A stretch of DNA of 64,000 bases from Candidatus Brocadiia bacterium. Lineage in GTDB: Bacteria; Planctomycetota; Brocadiia; SM23-32. Of this stretch, positions 20,242-30,364 are shown one piece after another. Every line of letters starts with the position of its first letter. Position 1 is the first letter of the stretch. Made by a program: the position numbers and the translations under genes. The stretch covers positions 1 to 64,000 of the forward strand of contig JBKHIT010000015.1 in the NCBI GenBank assembly GCA_046538485.1, written 5' to 3'. The notes below the pieces were generated by a model that did no database searches, was not told the DNA's origin, and saw only the letters and a program-made list of their open reading frames with translations.

Positions 20242-22503
20242 ATGTCTCTGAAAGAAGTCGATCGTATCATAGTGCACAATGGGGGACAATCGGCGGTATT
20301 TGTCAAAACCGACGAGGGATGGCGGCCGGATTGGTTCTACGTCGGTGACTGCCGGATGCTGCGGTTCAAGGACCACGAATGGCTCAGTATCGGTCATATC
20401 CGCCCGAGCTGTGCTGCGGAAGCCGAAAAACTTGAAAGTGGTGGCGCCATTTTTCGCAATACGACCGCATACGGGGAGTGCCCGGTAGACTGGACGGTCC
20501 GTATTGAGCCCGCCAGAGTCAGCGGTTTCTGGGTTGAATGCTGCATCCGGCCGAAAAAATCGATTGAATTGCTGGAAGCCTATTCAACGTTCGAGACTCC
20601 CTACGAATACGATGGCAACGAACATGTTACAACGGTGATAGGCCAGAATCCGGTCGTGAGATGGCGTGGTTCGGAACGTATTTCTCCTCCCATCCGGCGG
20701 CGTCCGGAATGGCTCTACGCTCGCGAGGAAGCCGCGCGACGCACTGCGCCGTGCAACACGCCAATTCTCTGCCAGGAACTGAGCGGCCCTGGAGGGGAGA
20801 ATGCACGTTACACAACGATTGTTGGTGACTGGAACATCTGTCGGATCCACGATGTTTTTGCGACTCCCACACGCTTCGTGGATGTGAAAAGCGGTGATTG
20901 GGGTGGAATCGCGGAGGGGGAGTTGCGGGGCTATAAGTTCATTGTCGGGGCGTTGAACTGGTCCAGTTCGTTTACAAAAGATCCGAATGTTCTGTATCGG
21001 GACGGGGAGAAACATTGCCAGAGGGTGGTCGTGGATTATGCAGACGATATGCCCGGAGGGACTCTTGACCGGATGTTGCTCGCCGCCTGGGAACGGGCCT
21101 CGGAAATCGATCTCCCCGGCAAAGGGCGCGTTCCGGCATTCAATCGGGCCCGGAAAAAGGGGGTGACGTGGGAATCTGCCGTGTCCTGGTTGCGGGATGT
21201 GTTTTGCGGTGACGGGACCGAGGGACTTTTTTTGCCCGAGAAAGGCATTGCGACATACGCTCCGGGGACTCGACCCAAAGCGGGACACTATACCTGGCGC
21301 TGGTGGCCTCAGTGGAGCGGCCATTTCCGTTACCGGGCTCTTGTGGCCGATGATGAGGAACTGAAATCGGTCTGCGACAATTACGACCGGGTGTTCGCGG
21401 AGAATCAGAAAAACTTTAGTTTTGGGAATGCTGGAATCGCGCTCACGCCGTCCGCTTTGCCCGCACTCCAGTGGCTCAGTGGGCCGGGGAAGCCAGGTCC
21501 ACTTGCTGAAACGCTTGAGAAAGCTTTGAAAGATTCGCTGGAGGTTTCGATGGCGGAGAATGGTGACGAACGCCGGTTGGACAACGGCGCGCAGGCGGCG
21601 ACGGCGGAGGGGTTCCTGTTCGCTGCCAGGGCATTTGATGATCCAGCGTTCCGCGATCAGGCCCTGGTTCTTCTCAAGGAGATTAATGCGGAATTGGACG
21701 GTCGATTCTGGGCATTCAACTGCGGAGAACGGGGGGACTTGATGCACGGAGGACAGATCCGCCCCTTCGGCCACGGCCATGCTTCCCTGGCCAATTTGCT
21801 CGCTTATCAGGATACGGGGGAAGATTTGTATCTGGAAGCCGCCACACGATTTGCGCGGTTCTTGCTTTCTATAAATTATGTCACACACGATGCCTCTGAG
21901 GACCCGGATTTCGATTGGCGCGGCTGGGCGAACGGTTCCAACGCCGGCCGCGATCAGATCGCCGAGTTCCCACCGTGGGAAACCATTGCGAGTTTGCACT
22001 GTATAACGCCGTTGCTGGGTGAGACTGAGATGGAAGACGGCTTTTATGATGTGCTGTGGTATATCGCTCGCACGGGGTTGGCCCAGTTCCCGGCCGCCCG
22101 TGAATTCAAACGGATATACGATGAATCGATGAATCTCCACTACGTGACGCGGGATACTCTCGAAAGTGAGCACGACTTCTACGATAATCTCCCGTTTCTG
22201 GCCTACGAGAATCCTCACGATCAGACGCTTCTGGCGTCTTACCAGGGCACGGATTGTCTGATGGCGGAAATGGCGTTGGGGGGAGGGTTGGTGAAGGCGA
22301 GCGATGACCGCCTGGGAGTGATTGTCCCGGGTGTCTGTCTGATGGATAGTGAAATCGCCCACCAGCGGCGGGCGCATATCTGGAACCCGACATCCAGTCC
22401 TGTCAAAGCCGAGGTCAGTCCGGCCTGGCCGGATGGACCTGAAGAGGAAAAGACGGTGACTGTGCCACCCCGTGAAGCGGTCAAATTGGAGTTTTCACGT
22501 TGA
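20242..22503 (+). CDS. Large hypothetical protein, possibly with an (alpha/alpha) glycosidase-like fold
   Basis: 753-codon ORF with GGAGG RBS; helical repeats such as YLEAATRFARFLL; no diagnostic motif recognised. Confidence 0.7.
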   Translation: MSLKEVDRIIVHNGGQSAVFVKTDEGWRPDWFYVGDCRMLRFKDHEWLSIGHIRPSCAAEAEKLESGGAIFRNTTAYGECPVDWTVRIEPARVSGFWVECCIRPKKSIELLEAYSTFETPYEYDGNEHVTTVIGQNPVVRWRGSERISPPIRRRPEWLYAREEAARRTAPCNTPILCQELSGPGGENARYTTIVGDWNICRIHDVFATPTRFVDVKSGDWGGIAEGELRGYKFIVGALNWSSSFTKDPNVLYRDGEKHCQRVVVDYADDMPGGTLDRMLLAAWERASEIDLPGKGRVPAFNRARKKGVTWESAVSWLRDVFCGDGTEGLFLPEKGIATYAPGTRPKAGHYTWRWWPQWSGHFRYRALVADDEELKSVCDNYDRVFAENQKNFSFGNAGIALTPSALPALQWLSGPGKPGPLAETLEKALKDSLEVSMAENGDERRLDNGAQAATAEGFLFAARAFDDPAFRDQALVLLKEINAELDGRFWAFNCGERGDLMHGGQIRPFGHGHASLANLLAYQDTGEDLYLEAATRFARFLLSINYVTHDASEDPDFDWRGWANGSNAGRDQIAEFPPWETIASLHCITPLLGETEMEDGFYDVLWYIARTGLAQFPAAREFKRIYDESMNLHYVTRDTLESEHDFYDNLPFLAYENPHDQTLLASYQGTDCLMAEMALGGGLVKASDDRLGVIVPGVCLMDSEIAHQRRAHIWNPTSSPVKAEVSPAWPDGPEEEKTVTVPPREAVKLEFSR

Positions 22504-22661
22504 GAAAGTTTAGATCTGGCGGTGCGCATAAGAATTATGAGACCACAGGATCTATAAAACCCGTAAAGCCGATCTGCGAACACCAGGCGGCGCGTTGCTT
22601 GCCGTCTAACTGTGAGACTGAGTTCGACGACGACGATTTTTGAGCATTCAGGGGAAAATTT

Positions 22662-23428
22662 ATGCCCGGGAAATATTACTGGTACCCGAAACCGATGGAT
22701 CTTTCGCCGGCGCGGTGGATCTGATTTCCATCCGAACGCACGCTTCCGAATACGTTTGTGCTTTTTCGAAAAGAAATAGAGTTTGAAGAGATTCCCGAAA
22801 AAGCGACCGGCTGGATCACGGCCGACAGCCGTTATCTCCTGACAGTGAACGGTCAGCGGGTTCAATGGGGGCCGGCCCCGGCCGATCCACGCTGGCCCGA
22901 TCTCGATCCGCTTGAGTTATGCACTTTCCTGAGACCGGGCAAAAATGTGATCGGGATTGAGGTTCTGTTCTACGGCCACGACGAGGGAACGTGGGCGATG
23001 GGAAAACCAGGAGTGGTTTTCTCCCTCACCTGTAAATGGCCCGGAGGGCGGGAGGAGAAAGTATTCACAGACGGCGATTGGAAATGCCATCTCGACCGAT
23101 CTTACAAACCCGGACAACCTAAACGCTGTTTTCTGCGGGCGCTTCAGGAAGAGTTTGATGCAAGGAGTTACCCCGAAGGCTGGGACTCACCGCCCATACT
23201 GTCGTGGGCCCCATTGAGTTTCGGGCCGAGAAGTGCGATCAGGGGCATCGTCTGCAGATTGCGACACCGGGCAGCTGTGAATGTGAATTGCGTGTTCCGG
23301 AGTCAACGGAGCTGGATTTGCCGGAAATCGGCACAACTGTTCGGCCCGGACTGAAGAGATACAAGCTGGAGAGAGACGCCAGCAACGAATTTGTTTTGCC
23401 ACAAAATGTTGTGTACGGTGTTCAATAA
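22662..23428 (+). pseudogene. Alpha-L-rhamnosidase-like (GH78-type) gene remnant with a nonsense codon and a large internal deletion
   Basis: MPGKYYW...ARWI*FP (TGA 22722 where Trp is expected); FRKE, ITADSRYLL.VNG, GKNVIG, DAR..P.GW N-terminal motifs; jumps near 23195 to a C-terminal-like TVVGPIEF segment. Confidence 0.7.
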
Positions 23429-23532
23429 AGATTCTACCCTGATTGGGCAAGAATGGCTTCCAATTATCCGTAAAATGCGACTTTCACGTGCGCTTATCAC
23501 GTCCCCGGAAATGTCTGAATTAGGAGAAAGTT

Positions 23533-25395
23533 TTGAGACTCGATTCATACGCAGAAAATCTGGGAGATGTCAGGATCCATACACCGAGCCAGACGGTTAC
23601 GGCCGGAAGCCGGTTTCCGATGGATGTTGTTTACCGGGTCGGTCCGACGCCGATTACCGCTGGAGGGGCCATCCGTTTTCGCCTTCCTGGTCTGTACGCA
23701 GGTGATGGCAAAATCAGAGCTCCATTTTGGTCTTCGCGCGAAGAGGGCGTGGAACTTCGGGCCGGCAATGCTCTGCCCCCTGTCAACGGGAAAAATGGTG
23801 AGGAATTCTTTGCGGTGAACTGGTATTTTTTCGTGGTTGTGGAAGAGGGAGAGTTGCATCCGGGCGATACCGTAACCGTTTCTTACGGGCAGGTCGGGAC
23901 GACGCGGGGACGATTTCCCACCTGGGCGCAGAAATGGGCCGTAGAAGTGGCGGTTGACCCCGATGGGACCCGGGCGGCGCCCCGGAGCGGTTTTTACCTC
24001 CTGCCCGATCCGCCGCAGATCGAGATCGTTCCGGATGTCCCGGAAAAGCTGGAGCTCACAATCCCGTCAACGATCCAGACCGGCGAGGCGGTCAGGGCTG
24101 TGTTGCGAGCCCGGGACCATTACAGGAACGTGGTGCCGGGATACGAGAGCAATGTTGAAACACGGCTACTGTCCGAAGACGTAGCTGAGCCGTGTGTGAC
24201 AGAGTATGAACTGAATGAAGAGGGCGTTCTTGTTTGCGAGAATCTGGTTTTCCCGGATTCCGGTATTTATCGGGTGGAGGTGGCGGACCGCGACCTCGGT
24301 TTGCGCGCGGTTTCCAACCCGGCACGCGTCACGGATGCCTCGCCTTCCCCGCGTCTTTTCTGGGGTGATACTCACTGTCACTCGATCGCGTCGGGCGATA
24401 CGACTATCAACAGCGAATTTATCACACCGGAGCATGATTACCGATATGCGCGCTATGTTTCAGACCTCGACTTCTGCATGGTGACGGATCATTCTCAGGA
24501 TCTTTGTGCCGCTCCCGAAGATTGGGATATGGTTCGGGAAGCGGCCCACGATGCCTACGAACCGGGTCGTTTCGTCACTTTTTCAGCGTATGAGTCGACC
24601 CACCATCCCCAGCGGCAGGACGGGGACAAGAACATTTACTTTTTAGATGACAGCCAGCCGTGCGTTCCGGAGGGCACCACGGAGGAGACCTGCGCAGTTC
24701 TGAAGAAGAACTCAGGCGAAAAGGTAATGGTGATACCGCACCTCCATGTTCCGACAAACTGGGAAAAACACGATCCCGAACTGGAACACGTGGTGGAAGT
24801 TTACAGCCACTGGGGTTGTGGTTTTTCCCCGGAGAGCCGTCCCCGTATTGTGCCGGGTGGGGAGCGCCCGCCGGAGAGTTTTGTGACCCACGCGCTTGAA
24901 CGGGGCATCAGACTTGGTTTTATCGCCAGCGCGGATCATTCGCTCGGTCATCCAGGCGACGATTTCTGGTGGACCCTGAGCAGTTTTCAGGGCGGACTTG
25001 CGGCGATTTATTCCGATGAACTCACACGGGAGGGGATCTGGAATGGCCTCAAGGAGCGTCGTTGCTATGGGACCACGAGGGCGCGGATTTTGCTGGATTT
25101 CAGTGTAAATGGCGAGCCGATGGGCGGAGAGGCCTCATTGCTGCCGGGTACGCCCCGAACACTGAGGATTGAAGTTCACGGAACGAGTGCGATTGCGGAA
25201 GTAGAAATTTTCCGCAATAGGGAGTTGCTTTTTTCCGAGGGTGGGGAAGGACGATGGGACCTGGATATCCGGTATGAGGATCACGGTTCAGAGCGTGAAG
25301 TCGACTATTATTTCGTCCATTTGCGTCAGAAAGATGGGGAACAGGCCTGGGCGAGTCCGGTTTGGCTGGAAGATGATGGCCTATCGTCTTCGTAG
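23533..25395 (+). CDS. PHP-like metallohydrolase (DUF3604/CehA-McbA-like)
   Basis: WGDTHCHS; LDFCMVTDH; VEVYSHWG; GFIASADH; RRCYGTT; AWASPVW. Confidence 0.75.
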   Translation: MRLDSYAENLGDVRIHTPSQTVTAGSRFPMDVVYRVGPTPITAGGAIRFRLPGLYAGDGKIRAPFWSSREEGVELRAGNALPPVNGKNGEEFFAVNWYFFVVVEEGELHPGDTVTVSYGQVGTTRGRFPTWAQKWAVEVAVDPDGTRAAPRSGFYLLPDPPQIEIVPDVPEKLELTIPSTIQTGEAVRAVLRARDHYRNVVPGYESNVETRLLSEDVAEPCVTEYELNEEGVLVCENLVFPDSGIYRVEVADRDLGLRAVSNPARVTDASPSPRLFWGDTHCHSIASGDTTINSEFITPEHDYRYARYVSDLDFCMVTDHSQDLCAAPEDWDMVREAAHDAYEPGRFVTFSAYESTHHPQRQDGDKNIYFLDDSQPCVPEGTTEETCAVLKKNSGEKVMVIPHLHVPTNWEKHDPELEHVVEVYSHWGCGFSPESRPRIVPGGERPPESFVTHALERGIRLGFIASADHSLGHPGDDFWWTLSSFQGGLAAIYSDELTREGIWNGLKERRCYGTTRARILLDFSVNGEPMGGEASLLPGTPRTLRIEVHGTSAIAEVEIFRNRELLFSEGGEGRWDLDIRYEDHGSEREVDYYFVHLRQKDGEQAWASPVWLEDDGLSSS

Positions 25396-25599
25396 GGCCG
25401 ATTTTAGTTGCCTTTCAAGTCTTTAGATAGAAGTTCCAAGCTGTTACAGACTTGTTACACGGGTGACAGGAAAAATCTGGTAGAATATGTTCCGGCAATG
25501 AAAGGTGGCGTCGGTATCCGCTTTGTCGTGAAGGAAACGTTTTCGCCCTTTTAGGTAATGTGACGGGGGTTCTTTTCGTCGGGAAAGGAGGAGGGAACG

Positions 25600-26718
25600 A
25601 TGCGATATGGAACGATGGTTTTTGTGGTCTCGCTGCTGGTGATGGCGGGTCTTTGCGATGCGGGAGAAAGAGTCAGGCTCAAAGAGCCCCATCTTATCCC
25701 GGGAAAAGTGAAGACCCAGCCGACGAAACTTGATCGACCGGAAGAACTTCTTTTCGAACTGGAGAAGTATCCTCGCACGAGCGGATCGACGTCCGCTGAA
25801 CCACTGGGCGTGTGGGTGGCATGTCGACTGCTGAACCGAGAATGCCGGTGGCCACAGCGAGGGCACGGCATGGAACGGCGACTGCGGCCACTTAAGGCGG
25901 ATTACAAGCAGAGCGATCCGATTCACAAGAGGTATGATAACCGGCTCTACGGAAGAATCGTGCATTATGGGACGCACGGATCGTATACCCGATTGATTGA
26001 AGGCCAGACGGATTTGATTTACGAATGCCGCCTCCCAAGTGAAGACGAGCGAAAACTTATGAGGAAAAAGGATATGGAGCTGGTTTATACCCCAATCGCA
26101 CTTGATGCCTTTGTCTTTCTGTGCCACCAATCCAATTCCGTGACTGGCCTGACGGCTGGACAGGTACGTGATATCTATACGAAAAAAAGGGATAACCGGG
26201 GTAAAATCAAGAACTGGAAGGAGGTCGGGGGTTCAGATCACCCGATTCATGCGTATGTCCGGAACCGAAATTCCGGTAGCCAGGAGACGATGAAGACGCT
26301 GGTCATGAAAAATCGTAAAATCGTGGGCGGCCGGTCCATGATCGGACACGGAATGACGGGGCCATACAATCTCTTGCACAGTGATAAAGCGGGAATCGGT
26401 TTTACGTTCTTCTACTATCAGCGCTATATGTCGCCGTTTCCGCGGGGCCGGCAGATTCGGTCGGCTCAGAAGCAACAGAAGGTTGCTACAGAACCGAAAC
26501 CTGTCGTGAGAATGCTCGCGATCAACGGCGTGAAACCATCGCGCGAATCGATTGCCAATCGGACTTACCCCTGGGTAACGGAAGTCTATGTTGTTACGCG
26601 CAAAGGTCTGAAGCAAAATCATGCTGCCGTCAAATTGCGGCAATGGTTTCTGACCGGAGAAGGACAAAGATTTATTGGCGAGACGGGATATGTGCCGATT
26701 TCGTCGGCCAAAAAATAA
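25600..26718 (+). CDS. PstS-like periplasmic binding protein
   Basis: Signal peptide; GSTS; PIALDAFVF; RNRNSGSQ; INGVKP...YP; F..GEGQRFI..GY. Confidence 0.8.
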   Translation: MRYGTMVFVVSLLVMAGLCDAGERVRLKEPHLIPGKVKTQPTKLDRPEELLFELEKYPRTSGSTSAEPLGVWVACRLLNRECRWPQRGHGMERRLRPLKADYKQSDPIHKRYDNRLYGRIVHYGTHGSYTRLIEGQTDLIYECRLPSEDERKLMRKKDMELVYTPIALDAFVFLCHQSNSVTGLTAGQVRDIYTKKRDNRGKIKNWKEVGGSDHPIHAYVRNRNSGSQETMKTLVMKNRKIVGGRSMIGHGMTGPYNLLHSDKAGIGFTFFYYQRYMSPFPRGRQIRSAQKQQKVATEPKPVVRMLAINGVKPSRESIANRTYPWVTEVYVVTRKGLKQNHAAVKLRQWFLTGEGQRFIGETGYVPISSAKK

Positions 26719-26773
26719 GCGCCCCGACTTTTTTTCTGTGTCGGGACGCTCGGGACGGCGTTAAATGTGAAGG

Positions 26774-27129
26774 TCACTCCCCCGAATCCGTGAATTGGAT
26801 TCCGGTTCCGCGCACCTCAATAGCGTGGCGTGTGAAAAGAATCCACCATTGAAAGTACCCGTCGACCGTGACGTCGATCAGCGCATCGGCGCCCTGTTTG
26901 CGCTTTGCAGCTTCAACAGCGGTACTGGTTGCGTTGGAACCTTTGATCGGGAGAAACCCGAACAGCAGGACATAGCTATCGGTGGCGCTTGTGGGGCCTA
27001 ATTTCCTGTAAGAGCGGCCGTTAATAGGAGTCGTGGACGGCGCAACACCACCGGGGTGTGTGCGCAACCGACCAGCATCGTGCCGAGGAGCACGACAGTC
27101 AGCATTCCGACGATCTTCCGATGCATCAT
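26774..27129 (-). pseudogene. TRL-like small lipoprotein with a 1-nt frameshift just after the lipobox
   Basis: GAAAGGAAGG RBS; MMHRKIVGMLTVVLLGTMLVG-C lipobox; adding one C to the C4 run (GGGG at 27053-27056) joins it to PGGVAPSTTP...LLFGFLPI...GADALIDVTVD. Confidence 0.75.
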
Positions 27130-27390
27130 TACTTATCCTTCCTTTCTGCTTTGAGCGGGAAGTTGCATCTGCTGAACGGCCACTCAGTCAAGTACCCGAA
27201 TAGCCGAATAACTATTATTCTGTTCAGATAGAAGATAGCATAAACTTATCACGGGTTTTCCTTATTTGCAAATTATGGTCGTATTTTGCTGTATTTGCAC
27301 TTCGGCCGGTATTGGTTAAAATGAGCGTCTTTGTCGTTCTCACCTGTTTCTCAAAAATTCCCCTCTTCGTTTACTGCAGAGACTTACCGA

Positions 27391-30297
27391 ATGTCGAATG
27401 TAACCAGTTCACAAACGCCAGTTAGTGTTCCCGATTTTGACTTTGCGACTCCCGCCATCAAATCGCCCGGTTACGCGTTCTGTCCTCCAGCCCATGAATT
27501 CAATCCAGGGGCTCCGAAAATCTACTCCCATTCTCCGGAAGCGGGCCCGGATCAGACTTTTTTCCTGGCAGGAGAAAATCTAACTTCCGATCTCGTGTTG
27601 TGGGGAATGAGCGACAGGCAGCCCGGTGGAGAAGAATACCGGCCGCAGGTGCATTTTTGCACGGGCTGTTACCTTTCCGCTACCGTTCCGCAGAGGTGTT
27701 ACGATGGACTTTTCGTCGGACACGTGCGTTCTGAGAACGTGTGGTCCCGTCCATTTGTTCTGAATGTCCCTGAGCTATGGTGGGTTATGCCCGATCTGGC
27801 TCAGGCGGGGAGTGATCTGTGGCTTTTCGGAAGAAATCTGGCCCGCCGTCCGGACGAAGGTCGGCCGTATGTTTTTCTCCAGAAAAGTGGATCCGAGGAA
27901 GCTGTTACACTGAATGTTAAATGCTGCGGCAAATATTCCGTGCGGTGTTCTTTGCCAGAAGATCTTGTAGCGGACCAATACCGGCTGTTGGTTCACACTG
28001 GTGTTGGGGGGGAAATTGGGTGGAGTCGCCCCGCGAAATTACAGATTATCGAAAGGGACGAAAACAAACTCAAAGAGTGGGCCTGTGAAGATCTGGACTG
28101 CGCGGAACTTCAAGAAACCATCGACCTTGTGGTATCAGAGGGGGGAGGAGTGGTGACGCTGCCGGAGGGGGAGATTCTGCTCGATAAAACGTTGAAACTC
28201 GGACCGAACGTAATTCTCCAGGGAACAGGGGATAAAAATACGGTTTTGCGCTGCCGCGTAACAAGTCCCGAGCCTTTTGAGGTCCCTTTAGAGCGTGGCA
28301 CTCATACTGAGCCAACCGGGGTGAGTCTGCCCGGGAACAGAATGGAGTTCCCGGTGAATATCCCATCGTGCGGGAAATGGACCGTTTATGTGCGCTATGC
28401 GACGGAGATGTCGTATCGTCGCAAGCCGGGTGTAAGCGGAAAAATGTCAATCTTTATTGATGACGAGCGCGAAGTGCCGCTTGAGAATTTACCCAATACG
28501 GGGAGTTTCCACACGTTTCGATGGAGCTGTTCGGCGGAGGTCCGTCTGGAAGACGGACAACACAGAATTCAGTTCAGGAATGTCCGCGGCGGGCAGATGA
28601 AGCTTGAAGCGATTGCTTTTTCCCTCGCTGATGATTTACCACCACAAGACCTCGAGTCGGACGAACGCGAAGATCTTGTTGTCTTACGTAACGAGGATAT
28701 CGATCGTTTTGCTGCCGACGATGGAGCGGTCCCGCCGACGCATCATGTCGCCGTGTGGTTGACCGGCGACGGAGCCGGTTTGAAAAACGTGAGCATCGAG
28801 GGATCTCCCGCCGTGGAAACCGGCGTTCTGGTCCGGAACAAGAAATTTCCAGAATGGATCCGGGATGCATCGGTCGAAAACGTCTCCGTGAAGTGTGTGG
28901 TCGGCAACCGCTGGAAAAACCGTCCCCTTCACCTGCGGTACGCGCACGGTGCTGTTGTGAGCGGATGCGAACTGTATGGACAGAGCGGCATCTACCTGTC
29001 GGGGGTGCGACAGTGCACCATAGGAAACAATCGTCTGGTTTGCCAGACGCGGTACGGTTCCAACGCAAATGGGGCGATACTGGGGCGACAGAATATAATT
29101 GAGGAGTGTGCAATAGTGAACAATGTTGTGGCTTCGCCCACGGGAATGAACGGCGGGGCGGGAACGGTCCGGAGACTATTGTGGGTTTCAACCGGACATG
29201 GATCTGTCAGCCACAATTACATCGCAGGTAACACCGGAGCGAGAGCCCGTTTTGCGGGGCTTGCGGGAACCGACCAGAACGTGGGCGAGACGATGTTGTT
29301 GGAGGCCTGTCAGCGTATTGCCTATTTCGGCGTGGCGGAGTCGGCCGAATCGCGCTCTGTGACACTTCCGGAGAGCGTGCCCGCAACATCGCACGAGAAA
29401 ATGGGCGTGGCGAGTCCCGCGGATCTTGTGAAAAACGAAGAAGGACGGGAAAAACCTTTCTGCCCTCCCGATACCGAAAAAGATGACGGGCTCGGCGAGA
29501 CAATTGTCGATCAATATTTTGTGACGGTGCTTGATGGGCCCGGGATTGGCCAGACCAGGCGGGTTACCGGACGAGAAAGCAGGACGTACCAGCTCGAACG
29601 CCCCTGGCGGGAACAACCGACGGAGGAATCGACCATCGTCGTCACCACCTTGTTTCATCAGAATCTTCTGGTTCGCAACAAGTCGAGCGATGGGATGTCG
29701 GGTATCCAGCTCTGGATAGGATGTGTGGAGAACGTTGTTGCTGACAATACGATTGAGCGACAGTGCGGTGGAGCGCTTTCTTTGACGGCGACCTGCACGA
29801 CGATGGCCTCATCCATGCCCCGAACCTGGAATCGAGGGATTGGTGTGACCAATTGGAATATTTTTGAAGGCAACTTATCCGACGAGTGTTCGACGGGGGC
29901 CGGTTTTGGTGTGGGGAACACTCAAGGCCTCCCGCTAAATTTCCCGCTCGCGTTGGGCAATGTTCTCCGGCACAATACGTTCCGAAAAAACCGCGCGGGT
30001 GGAGTTAATCTTCGCGGGGCGACGGGAACAGGCGGGGCCACAAACCTCGGCACAATTGTCGAGTTTAACAAAGTTCGGGACTGCAAGGTTGCTTATCATG
30101 TTCAGGAGGGGGTGGATGGGGTTGTTTTAAGACGGAACTTTGCCTATTTCTGGAATTACGTCGACGATGACCCCGGTGTCGGTTTCTGGCTGAAACAGGA
30201 AGGAGGGTCAATTGTCGTCGAAAAGAATGTAGTAGAAGCTTCCCATGGCCGGATGCGACAAAACATCGAGCACATCAGGCGCGGGGAGGGCGATTGA
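27391..30297 (+). CDS. Large right-handed beta-helix (pectate-lyase-like) protein with a CBM-like insert
   Basis: LQETID...GGGVVTLPEG, NVILQGTG; Asn-ladder repeats; VRYA...LPNTGSF.TF CBM6/35-like segment. Confidence 0.7.
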   Translation: MSNVTSSQTPVSVPDFDFATPAIKSPGYAFCPPAHEFNPGAPKIYSHSPEAGPDQTFFLAGENLTSDLVLWGMSDRQPGGEEYRPQVHFCTGCYLSATVPQRCYDGLFVGHVRSENVWSRPFVLNVPELWWVMPDLAQAGSDLWLFGRNLARRPDEGRPYVFLQKSGSEEAVTLNVKCCGKYSVRCSLPEDLVADQYRLLVHTGVGGEIGWSRPAKLQIIERDENKLKEWACEDLDCAELQETIDLVVSEGGGVVTLPEGEILLDKTLKLGPNVILQGTGDKNTVLRCRVTSPEPFEVPLERGTHTEPTGVSLPGNRMEFPVNIPSCGKWTVYVRYATEMSYRRKPGVSGKMSIFIDDEREVPLENLPNTGSFHTFRWSCSAEVRLEDGQHRIQFRNVRGGQMKLEAIAFSLADDLPPQDLESDEREDLVVLRNEDIDRFAADDGAVPPTHHVAVWLTGDGAGLKNVSIEGSPAVETGVLVRNKKFPEWIRDASVENVSVKCVVGNRWKNRPLHLRYAHGAVVSGCELYGQSGIYLSGVRQCTIGNNRLVCQTRYGSNANGAILGRQNIIEECAIVNNVVASPTGMNGGAGTVRRLLWVSTGHGSVSHNYIAGNTGARARFAGLAGTDQNVGETMLLEACQRIAYFGVAESAESRSVTLPESVPATSHEKMGVASPADLVKNEEGREKPFCPPDTEKDDGLGETIVDQYFVTVLDGPGIGQTRRVTGRESRTYQLERPWREQPTEESTIVVTTLFHQNLLVRNKSSDGMSGIQLWIGCVENVVADNTIERQCGGALSLTATCTTMASSMPRTWNRGIGVTNWNIFEGNLSDECSTGAGFGVGNTQGLPLNFPLALGNVLRHNTFRKNRAGGVNLRGATGTGGATNLGTIVEFNKVRDCKVAYHVQEGVDGVVLRRNFAYFWNYVDDDPGVGFWLKQEGGSIVVEKNVVEASHGRMRQNIEHIRRGEGD

Positions 30298-30364
30298 CCG
30301 GAGGAATAAGAGTTTTCTATTTTTTCGAGATCTTTATGGGCCGGCGAACCCATTGTGGGAGTTT

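Noticed and set aside
20584..22377. 597-aa antisense ORF
   Set aside because: Lies fully opposite a gene with an RBS and protein-like composition; no recognisable domain.
22722..22724. In-frame TGA at a Trp position as evidence of recoding (genetic code 4/25 or selenocysteine)
   Set aside because: Many intact genes here end in TGA and use TGG for Trp, and this gene is also internally deleted, so it is a nonsense mutation.
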